Of a stretch of 64,000 nt of DNA, positions 50,757 to 60,792 are shown in pieces (within the stretch, counting starts at the first letter, position 1; each line of letters opens with the position of its first letter). A model generated the notes under the pieces. The model did no database searches and had not been told where the DNA came from. It was given only the letters and a program-made list of their open reading frames with translations. Location of the stretch: NCBI GenBank assembly GCA_963815195.1, contig CAWFGE010000007.1, positions 307,051 through 371,050 of the forward strand, in the 5' to 3' direction. The position numbers and the translations under genes are program-made. The stretch comes from an uncultured Planctomycetaceae bacterium (GTDB lineage: Bacteria > Planctomycetota > Planctomycetia > Planctomycetales > Planctomycetaceae).

Positions 50757-52116
50757 TGTGCTGGGTTCTCCGTGAACTCGTAAACTCCTCGCCGGTCTCC
50801 TCGGCCACGACTTCGTACAAAATCGCCTGCTTGTCCTTCGCCCGTCTGAGAATCCGCCCGAGCCGCTGCACATGCTCCCGCACACTCCCGCTGCCAGACA
50901 GCACGACCGCCACGTTCGCGGCGGGAACATCGATCCCTTCGTTCAACACCTTGGACGTGACCAGAAACGGATACGTCCCGGCGTTAAATCCCTCCAACAA
51001 GAGATGCCGTTCCTTGACCTTCGTCTGATGCGTGATCGCGGGGATCAAAAACCGCCGGGAGATTTGATAGACGGTGGCGTTGTCGTTGGTAAAAATCAGC
51101 ACGCGGTCGTAGCGGTGCCGGGCGAGCAACGTTTCCAAAAGCCGGAACTTTTCCTCCGACGCCTGGGCGATAATCTTCTGATTGCGGAAGGCCTCGAGTG
51201 CCCGCCGGCCTTCGGAACTCCGGGACGTGAGCGCCAAAAACCTCGCCCAATCCTGATTGCTCGACAGGCGGATGTTGTTCTTTTGCACGAACTCGCGGTA
51301 CAAGCCTCGCTCGCGCTCGTAGGCCGCTTGCTCCGCCTCGGTCAGCCGGACTTTGAGCACCACGGTTTGATAATCGGACAGGTAATCCCCGGCGAGCTGC
51401 TTTATTTCCTGGCGATACACGATCGGCCCGATCAACCGCGAATACCGGCGATGCTGTCCGTCCGCGCGTTCGGGCGTCGCGGTGAGTCCCAACCGAAACG
51501 GAGCCAGACACGCTTCCGCGGCGAGGGCGTAAGACTCGCCGGGCAGATGATGGCATTCATCAAACACGATCAATCCGAACCGGTTCCCCAAGCGGTCCAG
51601 ATGCAGATAGGCCGAGTCGTAGGTGCAAGCCGTCAGCGGGCGGACATCGTAATCTCCGCCGCCGATCAAGCCGATGGGCTGATCGAACGACGCTCCCAAG
51701 ACACTGTACCATTGATGCATGAGATCCAAGGTCGGGGTGACGACGAGCGTGCTGCGGCCGACTTTCTGCATGATGAGTTGGGCGACGAACGTCTTGCCCG
51801 CCCCCGTGGGCAAGACCACGACGCCCGTCTGCCCGCGCTTCCACCAGACCTCGGCGGCTTCGGCCTGATAAGGAAACGGCTCCCGCGCCACCTGGAGCGG
51901 CAGCGGCAGATCCTCGTATTGCCGGGCATCATCCTGATAGGGAATATCATGGTGCCGAAGGGCCAAAATGATCGGGCGATATGCGCACGCCGGTGCCCGC
52001 CAGCGGCCGATCCGCGGATCGAACGTGGTCTCCGGCAGGTCCACGCCGAGCGATTCGCCGTCCCCTTCGGAATGCGACAAAAGCAGCGTGCCCCGATCAA
52101 ATTCCAGTTGAATCAT
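50743..52116 (-). CDS. XPB/SSL2-like superfamily 2 DNA helicase
   Basis: PFPYQ, VVLPTGAGKT, FDECHHL, LGLTATPERADG, VLNEGIDVP, VQRLGRILR. Confidence 0.9.
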   Translation of the reverse strand: MIQLEFDRGTLLLSHSEGDGESLGVDLPETTFDPRIGRWRAPACAYRPIILALRHHDIPYQDDARQYEDLPLPLQVAREPFPYQAEAAEVWWKRGQTGVVVLPTGAGKTFVAQLIMQKVGRSTLVVTPTLDLMHQWYSVLGASFDQPIGLIGGGDYDVRPLTACTYDSAYLHLDRLGNRFGLIVFDECHHLPGESYALAAEACLAPFRLGLTATPERADGQHRRYSRLIGPIVYRQEIKQLAGDYLSDYQTVVLKVRLTEAEQAAYERERGLYREFVQKNNIRLSSNQDWARFLALTSRSSEGRRALEAFRNQKIIAQASEEKFRLLETLLARHRYDRVLIFTNDNATVYQISRRFLIPAITHQTKVKERHLLLEGFNAGTYPFLVTSKVLNEGIDVPAANVAVVLSGSGSVREHVQRLGRILRRAKDKQAILYEVVAEETGEEFTSSRRTQHSAYQ

Positions 52117-52231
52117 TTTTTCAAATTTCTATCCGCCCTGGACGATGATTTTCGCGCGGGGTATCCTCGAATTAAGTTTCATGTTTCATGTCTAAGGTTT
52201 CATGTTACAACCACTGGTAACGGAAAGTTCT

Positions 52232-55039
52232 ATGCGACGGATTCCGGCCGTTTATTTTATGGTATTCCTGACGGTTGCGGGAACCTTGCCGGCTTTTGGG
52301 GAGGATCAAGCCCACATGAGCGAAGGGGAGCGTCTGTTTGCGCTCCAGGTCCGGCCGCTGTTGGTGGAGAAATGCCTGGCCTGTCATGGAAAAGATCGCG
52401 ATAAGATCGAATCCGGTCTGGATCTGACCACGCGGGCGGGCATGCTCAAGGGCGGGGAGGTGTCGCAACAGGTTCTCGTTCCCAAAAACGCCGCCAAGAG
52501 TTTGCTCTACATCGCGACGACCTGGGAAGATCCCAGTTGCGAGATGCCGCCCAAGGAAAACGATCGCCTGACGAAAGAGCAGACCGGGTGGATTCGGGAC
52601 TGGATCAACGCCGGTGCTCCGTGGCCGAGCGAAGAAGAAACCGCCCGCATCCTCAAATCGCAAAAGTCCGAAGCGGGCCAGATCACCGTCAAAACCAGCG
52701 GCGGCCTCTCGGAAGAATGGGACAACCGCACTTATCGCATCGCCGACCTCTGGGCCTACCAGCCGATTAGCAACCCCGCGATTCCTGGGGACGCCCTCAA
52801 AGAAAACCAAGCCCGGCATCCGATTGATGCCTTCATCCAGCGTAAGCTTGACGAGCAAAATCTTGCCGCAGCACCGCCGGCGGATCCGTTGACGTTATTG
52901 CGGCGGGTGACTTATGACCTGACGGGGCTGCCGCCGACTCCCGAAGACGTGCAAGCGTTTTTGCATGATGGGAGCCAGACCTACAAAGCCAAGATCGACG
53001 AACTCTTAAATAGCCCGCGCTATGGCGAGCAGTGGGCCAGGCATTGGCTCGATGTCACTCGCTACGGCGACACCAGCGGCTTTTCCCGCGATGATCCCCG
53101 GCCGCACGCCTGGCGGTTTCGGGATTATGTGATCCGCTCGTTCAACGAAGACAAACCCTTCGATCAATTTGTGATCGAGCAAATCGCCGGAGATGAATTG
53201 GACGAGACCAACCCGGAAAACCTGATCGCAGCGGGCTTCTTGCGGATGGGCCCGTGGGAGCACACCGGCATGTCGGTCGCGGCCGTGACTCGGCAGCAGT
53301 ATCTCGATGATGTCACCAACGCGATCGGGGAAACCTTTTTGGGGCAGGTGCTCCGCTGCGCGAAATGCCACGATCACAAGTTCGATCCGATCCCCACGCG
53401 GGACTATTACCGCATCATGGCGGCGTTGGCTCCCGTGCAACTCGCCGAGCGGGACGTTCCCTTCCTGCCGGTGGAAAACACGGACGGATCGAAAGAATTG
53501 AAAGCCCGCTACGAAAAACTTTTGACGGATGCCCAACAGGAACTCGCCGCGATTCGCCGCAAGAACCAGCAGGCGGAAATCGGGTGGCTCAAGGAGCAGG
53601 GCGTCGAGACGAACCTCAAACAACTCGCGGCCACGATCAAAAACCTGCCCGAAGACCAGCGCCCGCCGCGGGACATTGGTTTGGACTACACCGACCTGGG
53701 CGTGCAGAAGGTTTTGCGAAAACGCATCGAGTATTTTGAGCGGATGCAGCTCACCGCCGAGCCTTACGCGCAGAGCGTCTATAGTGGACCCCCTCGCCTG
53801 TATCGTTCCAACCTGACGATGATGCCGATGCCCAAGCGTCGCGCGGGCGAAGCGGAGCCGATCTTTATTCTCAAAGGCGGTTCGCTCGAAGCGCCAGGCG
53901 ATCGCGTGGAGCCGGGGTTGCTGTCGGCGACCGTGAGTTTTCAAGATGCGGTTTCACGAAGAGAACTCGAAGCGATTCCCACCGCCACCCGCGGCCGGCG
54001 GTTGGCGTTGGCCCGCTGGATCGCCAGTCCGCAGAATCCGCTGACGGCCCGCGTGATCGTCAACCGGGTTTGGCAGCACCACTTCGGCGGGCGGGGGCTG
54101 GTGGGGACTTCGAACAACTTCGGCATCACCGGCAAGCGCCCGACGCATCCCGAGCTCCTCGATTTTCTCGCGAATTGGTTCATCGAAAACGGCTGGTCGA
54201 TCAAGAAGCTGCACCGGTTGATTCTCACCTCGGAAACTTACCAGCGAAGCGGCCGGCCCGTGGATGCGAAGGCTATCCAACAGCGAGACCCCGGCAATGC
54301 TCTGCTCTCGCATTATCCGCCCCGGCGATTGGATGCCGAGGAAATTCGCGACAGCCTATTGATGCAAAGCGGCGAACTCAGTTTGACGATGGGCGGGCCC
54401 GGCGTATTTCCGGAGATACACCCTGAAGTCGCCATGCAGCCGATTCACGTGATGGGTTCCGTCGCCCCGGCGTGGCAGCCTTCGCTGCGTCCCCAACAAC
54501 GCAATCGGCGGACGATTTACACCTACCGCCAGCGGAACCGGGGTTTTCCGCAACTGGAAGCCTTCAACCAGCCGGGATCGGAGACGAGCTGCGAACGCCG
54601 GGACCAAACCACCGTGACGCCGCAGGCTTTCACGCTGATGAATTCGGAATCCAGCCTGTCCCGCGCCTTGGCGATGGCGAAGCGACTCACCAAGCATTCT
54701 GAAAAACCCAAAGCGCAAATCCAGCGGGCGTTCCTCTTGGCGTATCATCGCGATCCGAGTCCCCAGCAGTTGGAACAAGCGACGGCTCATCTGGAGAAAA
54801 TGACAACATACCATCAAGCCCATCCGCCTGAGAAAATAGATCCCCCGAAACAAATCGACCGGCACATGGTGGAGGAAATGACGGGCGAAGAGTTCTCGTG
54901 GACCGAACCGCTCGATGTTTATGCCAGCCGCGATTTTCTCCCCGACATGAAACCCTGGGATGTCGACGCCCGCACCCGCGCCCTGGCGGAGATTTGCCTG
55001 GTGCTGATGAACTCGAACGAGTTTTTGTATGTTTACTGA
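52232..55039 (+). CDS. Planctomycete cytochrome c (PSCyt1) + DUF1549/DUF1553 protein
   Basis: CLACH, WINAGAPWP, HPIDAFI, TGLPPT, YGEQWARHWLDV, CAKCHDHKFDP, NPLTARVIVNRVWQHHFG, PTHPELLD. Confidence 0.93.
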   Translation: MRRIPAVYFMVFLTVAGTLPAFGEDQAHMSEGERLFALQVRPLLVEKCLACHGKDRDKIESGLDLTTRAGMLKGGEVSQQVLVPKNAAKSLLYIATTWEDPSCEMPPKENDRLTKEQTGWIRDWINAGAPWPSEEETARILKSQKSEAGQITVKTSGGLSEEWDNRTYRIADLWAYQPISNPAIPGDALKENQARHPIDAFIQRKLDEQNLAAAPPADPLTLLRRVTYDLTGLPPTPEDVQAFLHDGSQTYKAKIDELLNSPRYGEQWARHWLDVTRYGDTSGFSRDDPRPHAWRFRDYVIRSFNEDKPFDQFVIEQIAGDELDETNPENLIAAGFLRMGPWEHTGMSVAAVTRQQYLDDVTNAIGETFLGQVLRCAKCHDHKFDPIPTRDYYRIMAALAPVQLAERDVPFLPVENTDGSKELKARYEKLLTDAQQELAAIRRKNQQAEIGWLKEQGVETNLKQLAATIKNLPEDQRPPRDIGLDYTDLGVQKVLRKRIEYFERMQLTAEPYAQSVYSGPPRLYRSNLTMMPMPKRRAGEAEPIFILKGGSLEAPGDRVEPGLLSATVSFQDAVSRRELEAIPTATRGRRLALARWIASPQNPLTARVIVNRVWQHHFGGRGLVGTSNNFGITGKRPTHPELLDFLANWFIENGWSIKKLHRLILTSETYQRSGRPVDAKAIQQRDPGNALLSHYPPRRLDAEEIRDSLLMQSGELSLTMGGPGVFPEIHPEVAMQPIHVMGSVAPAWQPSLRPQQRNRRTIYTYRQRNRGFPQLEAFNQPGSETSCERRDQTTVTPQAFTLMNSESSLSRALAMAKRLTKHSEKPKAQIQRAFLLAYHRDPSPQQLEQATAHLEKMTTYHQAHPPEKIDPPKQIDRHMVEEMTGEEFSWTEPLDVYASRDFLPDMKPWDVDARTRALAEICLVLMNSNEFLYVY

Positions 55040-55199
55040 CGGTTAAAACGCAGCCGACTGCCGCCAAAACGAATGAACCACGGATATTACAATCGGCATT
55101 AAAAGGGCTCTTCCGGCGAATCGGGGGGGGCAGACGCTGATGATTTTTTTGTGTGATGATCTTTTGGGGTGATGATCAACCACGGATTTTACCTCCCCC

Positions 55200-55381
55200 C
55201 GTTTATCGCTCGGCCGGCGGCCGTTGGCCAGCCATTCGGCGATGAGGCGGTCATACTCGTTGATCGAGGTCTGGGAATTTTGCGGCCCGAGGTAGAAGTC
55301 GGTCCCGCAAAGGGTGACGACGGCTTGACCGCTGGGCTTGTGCTTACGGTACGTGGGCACGCGACGGGCGGGTTTTGGCAT
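55200..55381 (-). pseudogene. Truncated tyrosine integrase (N-terminal arm-binding fragment only)
   Basis: VPTYRKHKPSGQAVVTLCGTDFYLGP...EYDRLIAEWLANGR resembles the N-terminus of Planctomycete integrases; similarity ends after ~55 aa; starts ~120 bp from the tRNA 3' end. Confidence 0.75.
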
Positions 55382-55401
55382 TGGCGCAGCTCCTGGAAAC
55401 C

Positions 55402-55423
55402 AAATCCGGTATGTACCGGATTT
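55402..55423. promoter_or_regulatory. Palindrome upstream of the integrase remnant
   Basis: aaatccggta-tg-taccggattt (10-bp arms). Confidence 0.45.
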
Positions 55424-55498
55424 CTCTTCGGTTTTCAGGCCACGCTGCCGACCGCCGGCAGGTACGCAAGTGATTGATTTGGCCTAGGTTATGACAAG

Positions 55499-55572
55499 TC
55501 GGGACGACTAGATTCGAACTAGCGACCTCTTGCTCCCAAAGCAAGCGCTCTACCAAGCTGAGCTACGTCCCG
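55499..55572 (-). tRNA. tRNA-Pro (TGG)
   Basis: CGGGACGTAGCTCAGCTTGGTAGAGCGCTTGCTTTGGGAGCAAGAGGTCGCTAGTTCGAATCTAGTCGTCCCGA; full cloverleaf, anticodon TGG, CCA not encoded. Confidence 0.97.
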
Positions 55573-55633
55573 GCGGGGTGGGCGAGATGATATGCCGTTG
55601 GAAGTCTAGTGATTTCCCGAATTGTTGCCAAGT

Positions 55634-55816
55634 GTGGCGATCACAACCGGCGGTTCGGCGTGCGGGCAGTCATTTGTCAAAGGCAAGGCAACAGTTTTCC
55701 AAATCGTGGCGATCACAAGCGGCGGTTCGGGGCGCGGACACTTTTTTGCGGGGTAGATGACTTTGGGGGGAGACGACGGCATCCTGGGTGCGGCGGGAGA
55801 GACGACGGCATCCTGG
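55634..55816. repeat. Two pairs of short direct repeats upstream of the tRNA
   Basis: gtggcgatcacaa(c/g)cggcggttcgg... at 55634 and 55706; gagacgacggcatcctgg at 55770 and 55799. Confidence 0.7.
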
Positions 55817-55934
55817 ACGAGTCTCGCGCCATGGGCAGAAGTGACAAATTCAGATCCGAATGAGTGGCGAGCGCAGAATCGTGGCTATGTATGAAGAGCC
55901 GTGGCTGTGCTCCCGTACGTGGAGCGGGCGGGGA

Positions 55935-56372
55935 CTATTCTTCGCTGACGGTGACTTTGGTCATTTTGTCGCCTTGTTTGATGGCGTCGACGACGTCCTG
56001 GCTTTTTTGATCGAGCACCTTGCCGAACACGGTGTGTTTTCCGTCGAGCCAGGGCGTGGCGACGTGGGTGATGAAGAACTGCGAGCCGTTGGTGTTGGGG
56101 CCGGAGTTGGCCATCGAAAGGACGCCGGGGCTGTCGTGTTTGAGGGTGGGATCGAATTCATCCTCGAACTTGTAGCCGGGTCCGCCGGTGCCGGTGCCTT
56201 GGGGGCAGCCGCCTTGGATCATGAAATCGGCGATCACGCGGTGGAACGCCAGGCCGTCATAAAACCCCTCGCCGGCGAGTTTCTCGAAATTCCCCACTGT
56301 CTTGGGGGTTTTGTCGGCGAAGAGTTCCAGGCGGATGGTGCCTTTATTGGTTTCAATTGTTGCGACTTTCAT
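55935..56372 (-). CDS. Cyclophilin-type peptidyl-prolyl isomerase
   Basis: [47 protein letters not shown]. Confidence 0.96.
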   Translation of the reverse strand: MKVATIETNKGTIRLELFADKTPKTVGNFEKLAGEGFYDGLAFHRVIADFMIQGGCPQGTGTGGPGYKFEDEFDPTLKHDSPGVLSMANSGPNTNGSQFFITHVATPWLDGKHTVFGKVLDQKSQDVVDAIKQGDKMTKVTVSEE

Positions 56373-56486
56373 GGGTTCTCCTTGAGTGAGAGTCAGGCCA
56401 CCGCGAACTGTAGCAGATCCCAACGCCTCCCGCCACCAGTTTGTTTAAGCTGATTTCACGTTCCGTCCGACAAAGTCATCATGGGC

Positions 56487-56993
56487 TTACGTCCCACGCT
56501 CGCCTGTTGGTTCCATTGCGAGTGACACTTGATCGCCCACGTGAATCGTTCCGGCTTGGAGGACGGTCGCGGTGATGCCGCCGTGGCCGCGCATGGCGTT
56601 GTAGCCGCCGGGACCGAGGTTTTCTTCCATGAGGGAGCACGGGACGCAGGGGCCGGTGCCTTTGAGGAGAACATTTCCGACGCGGAAGTCGCGGTCTTTG
56701 AGGGCCAAGAGGTTGATGCCGGAGACGACGAGGTTCCGCCTCAAGCGGGCGGGCGTGACGTTGTCCCGTTGCGAGAGGGCTGCGATCACGGGGAGGTGTT
56801 CGTGCTGGATCAGCGTGATTTGCCGTTCGGAATTTCCGGAAACGGCGTGGTGTTCGCCGTCGATTCCCGTGCCGGGTTGGAGCGTGGCTTCGTGAAGCTC
56901 TTCGATCTCGTCCCGGCGTGCGCGGGCGATGCCGATCCATTCCAGGCGGCCGATTTGAGGCAGGCTGTCTTTGAGGTCGTCTATGGTGTCCAT
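56487..56993 (-). CDS. MOSC domain protein
   Basis: RQITLIQHE, LRRNLVVSG, GPCVPCSLM, GHGGITATVL. Confidence 0.9.
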   Translation of the reverse strand: MDTIDDLKDSLPQIGRLEWIGIARARRDEIEELHEATLQPGTGIDGEHHAVSGNSERQITLIQHEHLPVIAALSQRDNVTPARLRRNLVVSGINLLALKDRDFRVGNVLLKGTGPCVPCSLMEENLGPGGYNAMRGHGGITATVLQAGTIHVGDQVSLAMEPTGERGT

Positions 56994-57183
56994 GGAATGG
57001 GTTCCGTTTCGGTGGTGAAGGGGGGGAGTTGAGAACTCTCTCTGGTAATTTATTTGAGTCAGCGTAAGCTGGGGTTGTGCGCCGGGCAAGCGGGATTTGG
57101 TTGATTTCTTCGTTCGCCCCGCGTGTCCCGGCTTTTGACGAGCGCGATCATTGAGTGAATTCACCTTTTCCAATAGATAACTT

Positions 57184-59624
57184 ATGGCGATCGATCCTAT
57201 TTGCCACATGCAGGTCGATGAATCGACGGACCTGAAAGTGGAGCGAGACGGCGAGACGTTTTACTTCTGCAGCGAGCATTGCCGGCAGAAGTTTTTGCGG
57301 CCCGAACCGCAGTTGCATCAGCTTTCCCATTCTGCCGAAGAAGAGCCCGCGTGCTGCCACCACGATCACGCGCCCGCGAAATCGAAAAGAGAAACATCCG
57401 CCGCGTACATTTGCCCGATGTGCGAAGGCGTGGAAAGCGATCGGCCGGGCGAGTGCCCGAAGTGCGGGATGGCGCTCGAGCCGGCCCGGCCCGCTGCCCC
57501 GAAAAAGTCCGTGGTCTACACCTGCCCGATGCATCCGCAAATCGAGCAGGACGGGCCGGGCTCCTGCCCAATCTGCGGCATGGATTTGGAGCCCAAAACC
57601 GTTGCCGCGGAAGAGGAAGACGACACCGAACTAAGAAAAATGACGCTCAGGTTTTGGGTGTCGCTCGCGCTCACCGTGCCGGTGTTTCTGTTGGAGATGC
57701 TGCCGATGGTGGGCGTGCCGGTGGAGGACTGGTTGGGGCGGACGGTCCATGCCTGGCTGCAGTTGTGCTCTCGACGCCGGTGGTGCTTTGGGCGGGCTGG
57801 CCGTTCTTCGTGCGGGGCTGGCGTTCGGTCGTCACGCGGAACTTCAACATGTTTACGCTGATCGCCATCGGCACCGGGGCGGCTTACGGGTACAGCGTGT
57901 TTGCGGTGCTGTTTCCCAGATGGATTCCCGAAGATTTGAAGTCCCACGGGCAGGTGCCGGTGTATTTCGAGGCGGCCGCGGTCATCACCACGCTGGTCTT
58001 GATGGGCCAGGTGCTCGAGCTGCGGGCCCGGCGGCGCACCGGGAGCGCGATTCGCGAATTGCTCTCGCTGGCTCCGCCGACGGCCCGGCGGGTTCGGGAC
58101 GGCGAAGAGAAAGAAGTCCCGCTCGAGGAAGTGCAGGAAGGCGATATTCTCCGCGTTCGGCCGGGCGACAAAATCGCCGTCGACGGAAAAATCACCGAGG
58201 GCAAAAGCTCCGTGGACGAATCGATGATTACCGGAGAGCCGGTGCCGGTGCAAAAGCAGCCGGGCGATGATGTGATCGGCGGAACCGTGAACCAAACGGG
58301 TTCGTTTTTGATGGCGGCGGAAAAAGTCGGCGAAGACACGGTGCTTTCGCAGATCGTCAATATGGTCGCAGAGGCCCAGCGGAGCCGGGCTCCCATTCAG
58401 CGCGTGGCGGATGTCGTGGCGTCGTATTTTGTGCCCGCGGTGGTCCTGGCGGCGGTTGCGACGTTCCTGATCTGGGCGACCTTCCGGCCGAAAGAGCCGG
58501 CCTTGGCCTGGGCGCTGGTCAATTCGGTGGCGGTGCTGATTATTGCCTGCCCGTGTGCCCTGGGACTCGCGACGCCGATGTCGATCATGGTCGGCGTGGG
58601 CCGGGGAGCTAAGGAAGGCGTGCTGATTAAGGATGCGGAAGTGCTTGAAACTTTGGAGAAGGTCGATACTGTCGTCGTAGACAAAACCGGCACGCTCACC
58701 GAAGGCCGGCCCAGGCTCACCGAATCGGTCGCGCGGGATTTTCTTTCCGAAGAGGAACTTTTACGGCTCGCGGGCAGCGTGGAGCAGAACAGCGAACACC
58801 CGCTGGCCCGCGCGTTGGTCGAAGGCGCAACAGAACGGGGAATCTCTTTGGCGTCGGCGGAAGAGTTCGATTCCATCACCGGCGGGGGCGTGCGGGGAAA
58901 AGTGGACGGCAAGCAGGTTCTGATCGGCAAGCGGTCGCTTCTCGAAGAAGGCGGCGTGAGCGAAACCGAGGCCCTCCGCGACCAGGCGGAACAACTGGAA
59001 GCCCAGGGCCGGACCGTGATGTTCGTGGGCGTGGACGGCAAGCTGGCGGGGATTCTCGCCGTGTCCGATCCGATCAAAGCGTCCACGGCCGAGGCGGTGA
59101 GCACGCTGCACGAGTTGGGGCTCAAGATCATCATGCTCACCGGCGACAATCCGCGCACCGCCAAGACGGTCGCGGAGCAGTTGGGCATCGACGACTTCGA
59201 GGCGGGCGTGAAACCTGAAGACAAGCACGGCCGCATCAAGGCCCTCCGCAAGGAAGGCCGGATCGTGGCGATGGCCGGCGACGGCATCAACGATGCCCCG
59301 GCCCTCGCGGAAGCCAATGTGGGGATCGCGATGGGAACCGGGACGGACGTGGCGATCGAATCGGCAGGGGTGACGTTGGTCAAAGGCGATCTGCGGGGGA
59401 TTGTCAAAGCGGTGCAGCTCAGCCGCCGCACGATGCGAAACATCCGCCAGAACCTGTTTTTCGCGTTCGTTTACAATTCGCTGGGCGTGCCGGTCGCGGC
59501 AGGGGTTTTGTACCCGGTGTTCGGATTGCTCTTAAACCCGATGATCGCCGCCGCCGCGATGAGTTTCAGTTCGGTCTCGGTGATCGCGAACGCCCTGCGG
59601 TTGCGGACCGTGTCCCTCAAATGA
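57184..59624 (+). CDS. copA: Cu(I)-translocating P1B-type ATPase with YHS and two heavy-metal-binding domains, frameshifted at ~57764
   Basis: DPICHM...YFCSEHC; two YxCPM...GxCPx[32 protein letters not shown]; one-base insertion joins the ORFs. Confidence 0.9.
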
Positions 59625-59752
59625 GCGGCAAGGATTTCCCGTCGGGTTTTTCCATGCAAATCCTCGGCGGTTCGGCTACTATGAAACGTGCGGATACGAA
59701 ATTGGCGAGGGAGACAATCGAGGGCCATTTGGGTTGGTGAGTTGGACAGACT

Positions 59753-60712
59753 ATGAATTACTGCCCGTTTTGTCAGTTGCCGTTGGACCGGCCGGTCGAT
59801 CAATGCCCGTCCTGCAGCGCGGATTTGTCGAAACACCAGCAGGCGGGCCTCGAGAACGCGACCGTGAACGAACCGGCGGAGAATTATCAGGTGCCAGTTC
59901 GCAGCCAGAAGCGCCGCAAACCCACCGAATCGACCGATGATGCCATTCCGCAAATCAGCACGCGGAAAGAAAAGTCGTCCTCCGGCCGCAAGTCTGGTTC
60001 CGCCGGCAGGCAGAAACAAGAGTCCCGCGCGCGTTTGAGTTGGGCGCAGTCGGAGGGTTCCCAGGATTCCTCCCTGCCGTTTCGCCCGGTCAATCGGCCC
60101 CCGACCTTGATTCTCTGCGCATTGGACGATGGCTCGCGGGACGACGGCGAATGGTATCGCGTCCGCAAATCCGAATTCCGCATCGGCCGCACCGAAGGCG
60201 ACCCCGGCGTCCCCAACGATATTCGAATCTCCAACGACAACGGCATTTCAGGGATTCATCTGGCGATTACGTTACGCGTGGACGACGGGCGATACCGGTA
60301 TTACCTCGCGGATTTGGGAAGCCGGAACGGGACGTTCGTGCGGGTTTCGCGGGCGGCGCTCAAACCCGACCAGGAACTGCTCCTGGGCGCCCGCCGGTAT
60401 CGCTTTCAGACGCCCGGCGCCGCGAATCCCAAACTCGTCGAGATGACCGTGCGCGGCGACGGGACCGAATTTCCCCTCATGGAGGGCGACAACACCCTGG
60501 GCACGGACGCCGCCCGCTGCGACATCGCCATCACCGGCGATCCTTTCGTCAGTTCCACGCACGCCCGAATCTTCAAGGACAGAAAAAACCGCTGGGTGAT
60601 CGAGAACCTCGATTCGCTCAACGGCATCTGGCTGCGAATTGAAGAAATGGCCCTCGACACCGGCGGCGAATTCCAAATCGGCGAACAGCGCTTCCTCGTG
60701 CGGATCCCGTAG
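59753..60712 (+). CDS. Zinc-ribbon + tandem FHA domain protein
   Basis: CPFC...CPSC; FHA1 IGR...SGIH...DLGSRNGTFV; FHA2 LGT...SSTHARI...SLNGIW. Confidence 0.85.
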   Translation: MNYCPFCQLPLDRPVDQCPSCSADLSKHQQAGLENATVNEPAENYQVPVRSQKRRKPTESTDDAIPQISTRKEKSSSGRKSGSAGRQKQESRARLSWAQSEGSQDSSLPFRPVNRPPTLILCALDDGSRDDGEWYRVRKSEFRIGRTEGDPGVPNDIRISNDNGISGIHLAITLRVDDGRYRYYLADLGSRNGTFVRVSRAALKPDQELLLGARRYRFQTPGAANPKLVEMTVRGDGTEFPLMEGDNTLGTDAARCDIAITGDPFVSSTHARIFKDRKNRWVIENLDSLNGIWLRIEEMALDTGGEFQIGEQRFLVRIP

Positions 60713-60792
60713 CGCCTTCTCGTGTCTCTTCTGCTCGAGACGCGCCTTGCTATCCGCCATCATCATTCACAAACTGGATGTCGCGTTGATGG

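Noticed and set aside
55043..55199. C-terminal half of the 112-aa ORF as part of the integrase
   Set aside because: Sequence after WLANGRR loses integrase-like character; read-through into unrelated DNA
55634..55740. Two 35-bp repeats 72 bp apart as a mini-CRISPR
   Set aside because: Only two imperfect copies, similarity extends into the supposed spacer, no leader or cas genes
59753..60712. FHA gene as part of a type VI secretion cluster
   Set aside because: No tss/hcp/vgrG genes nearby
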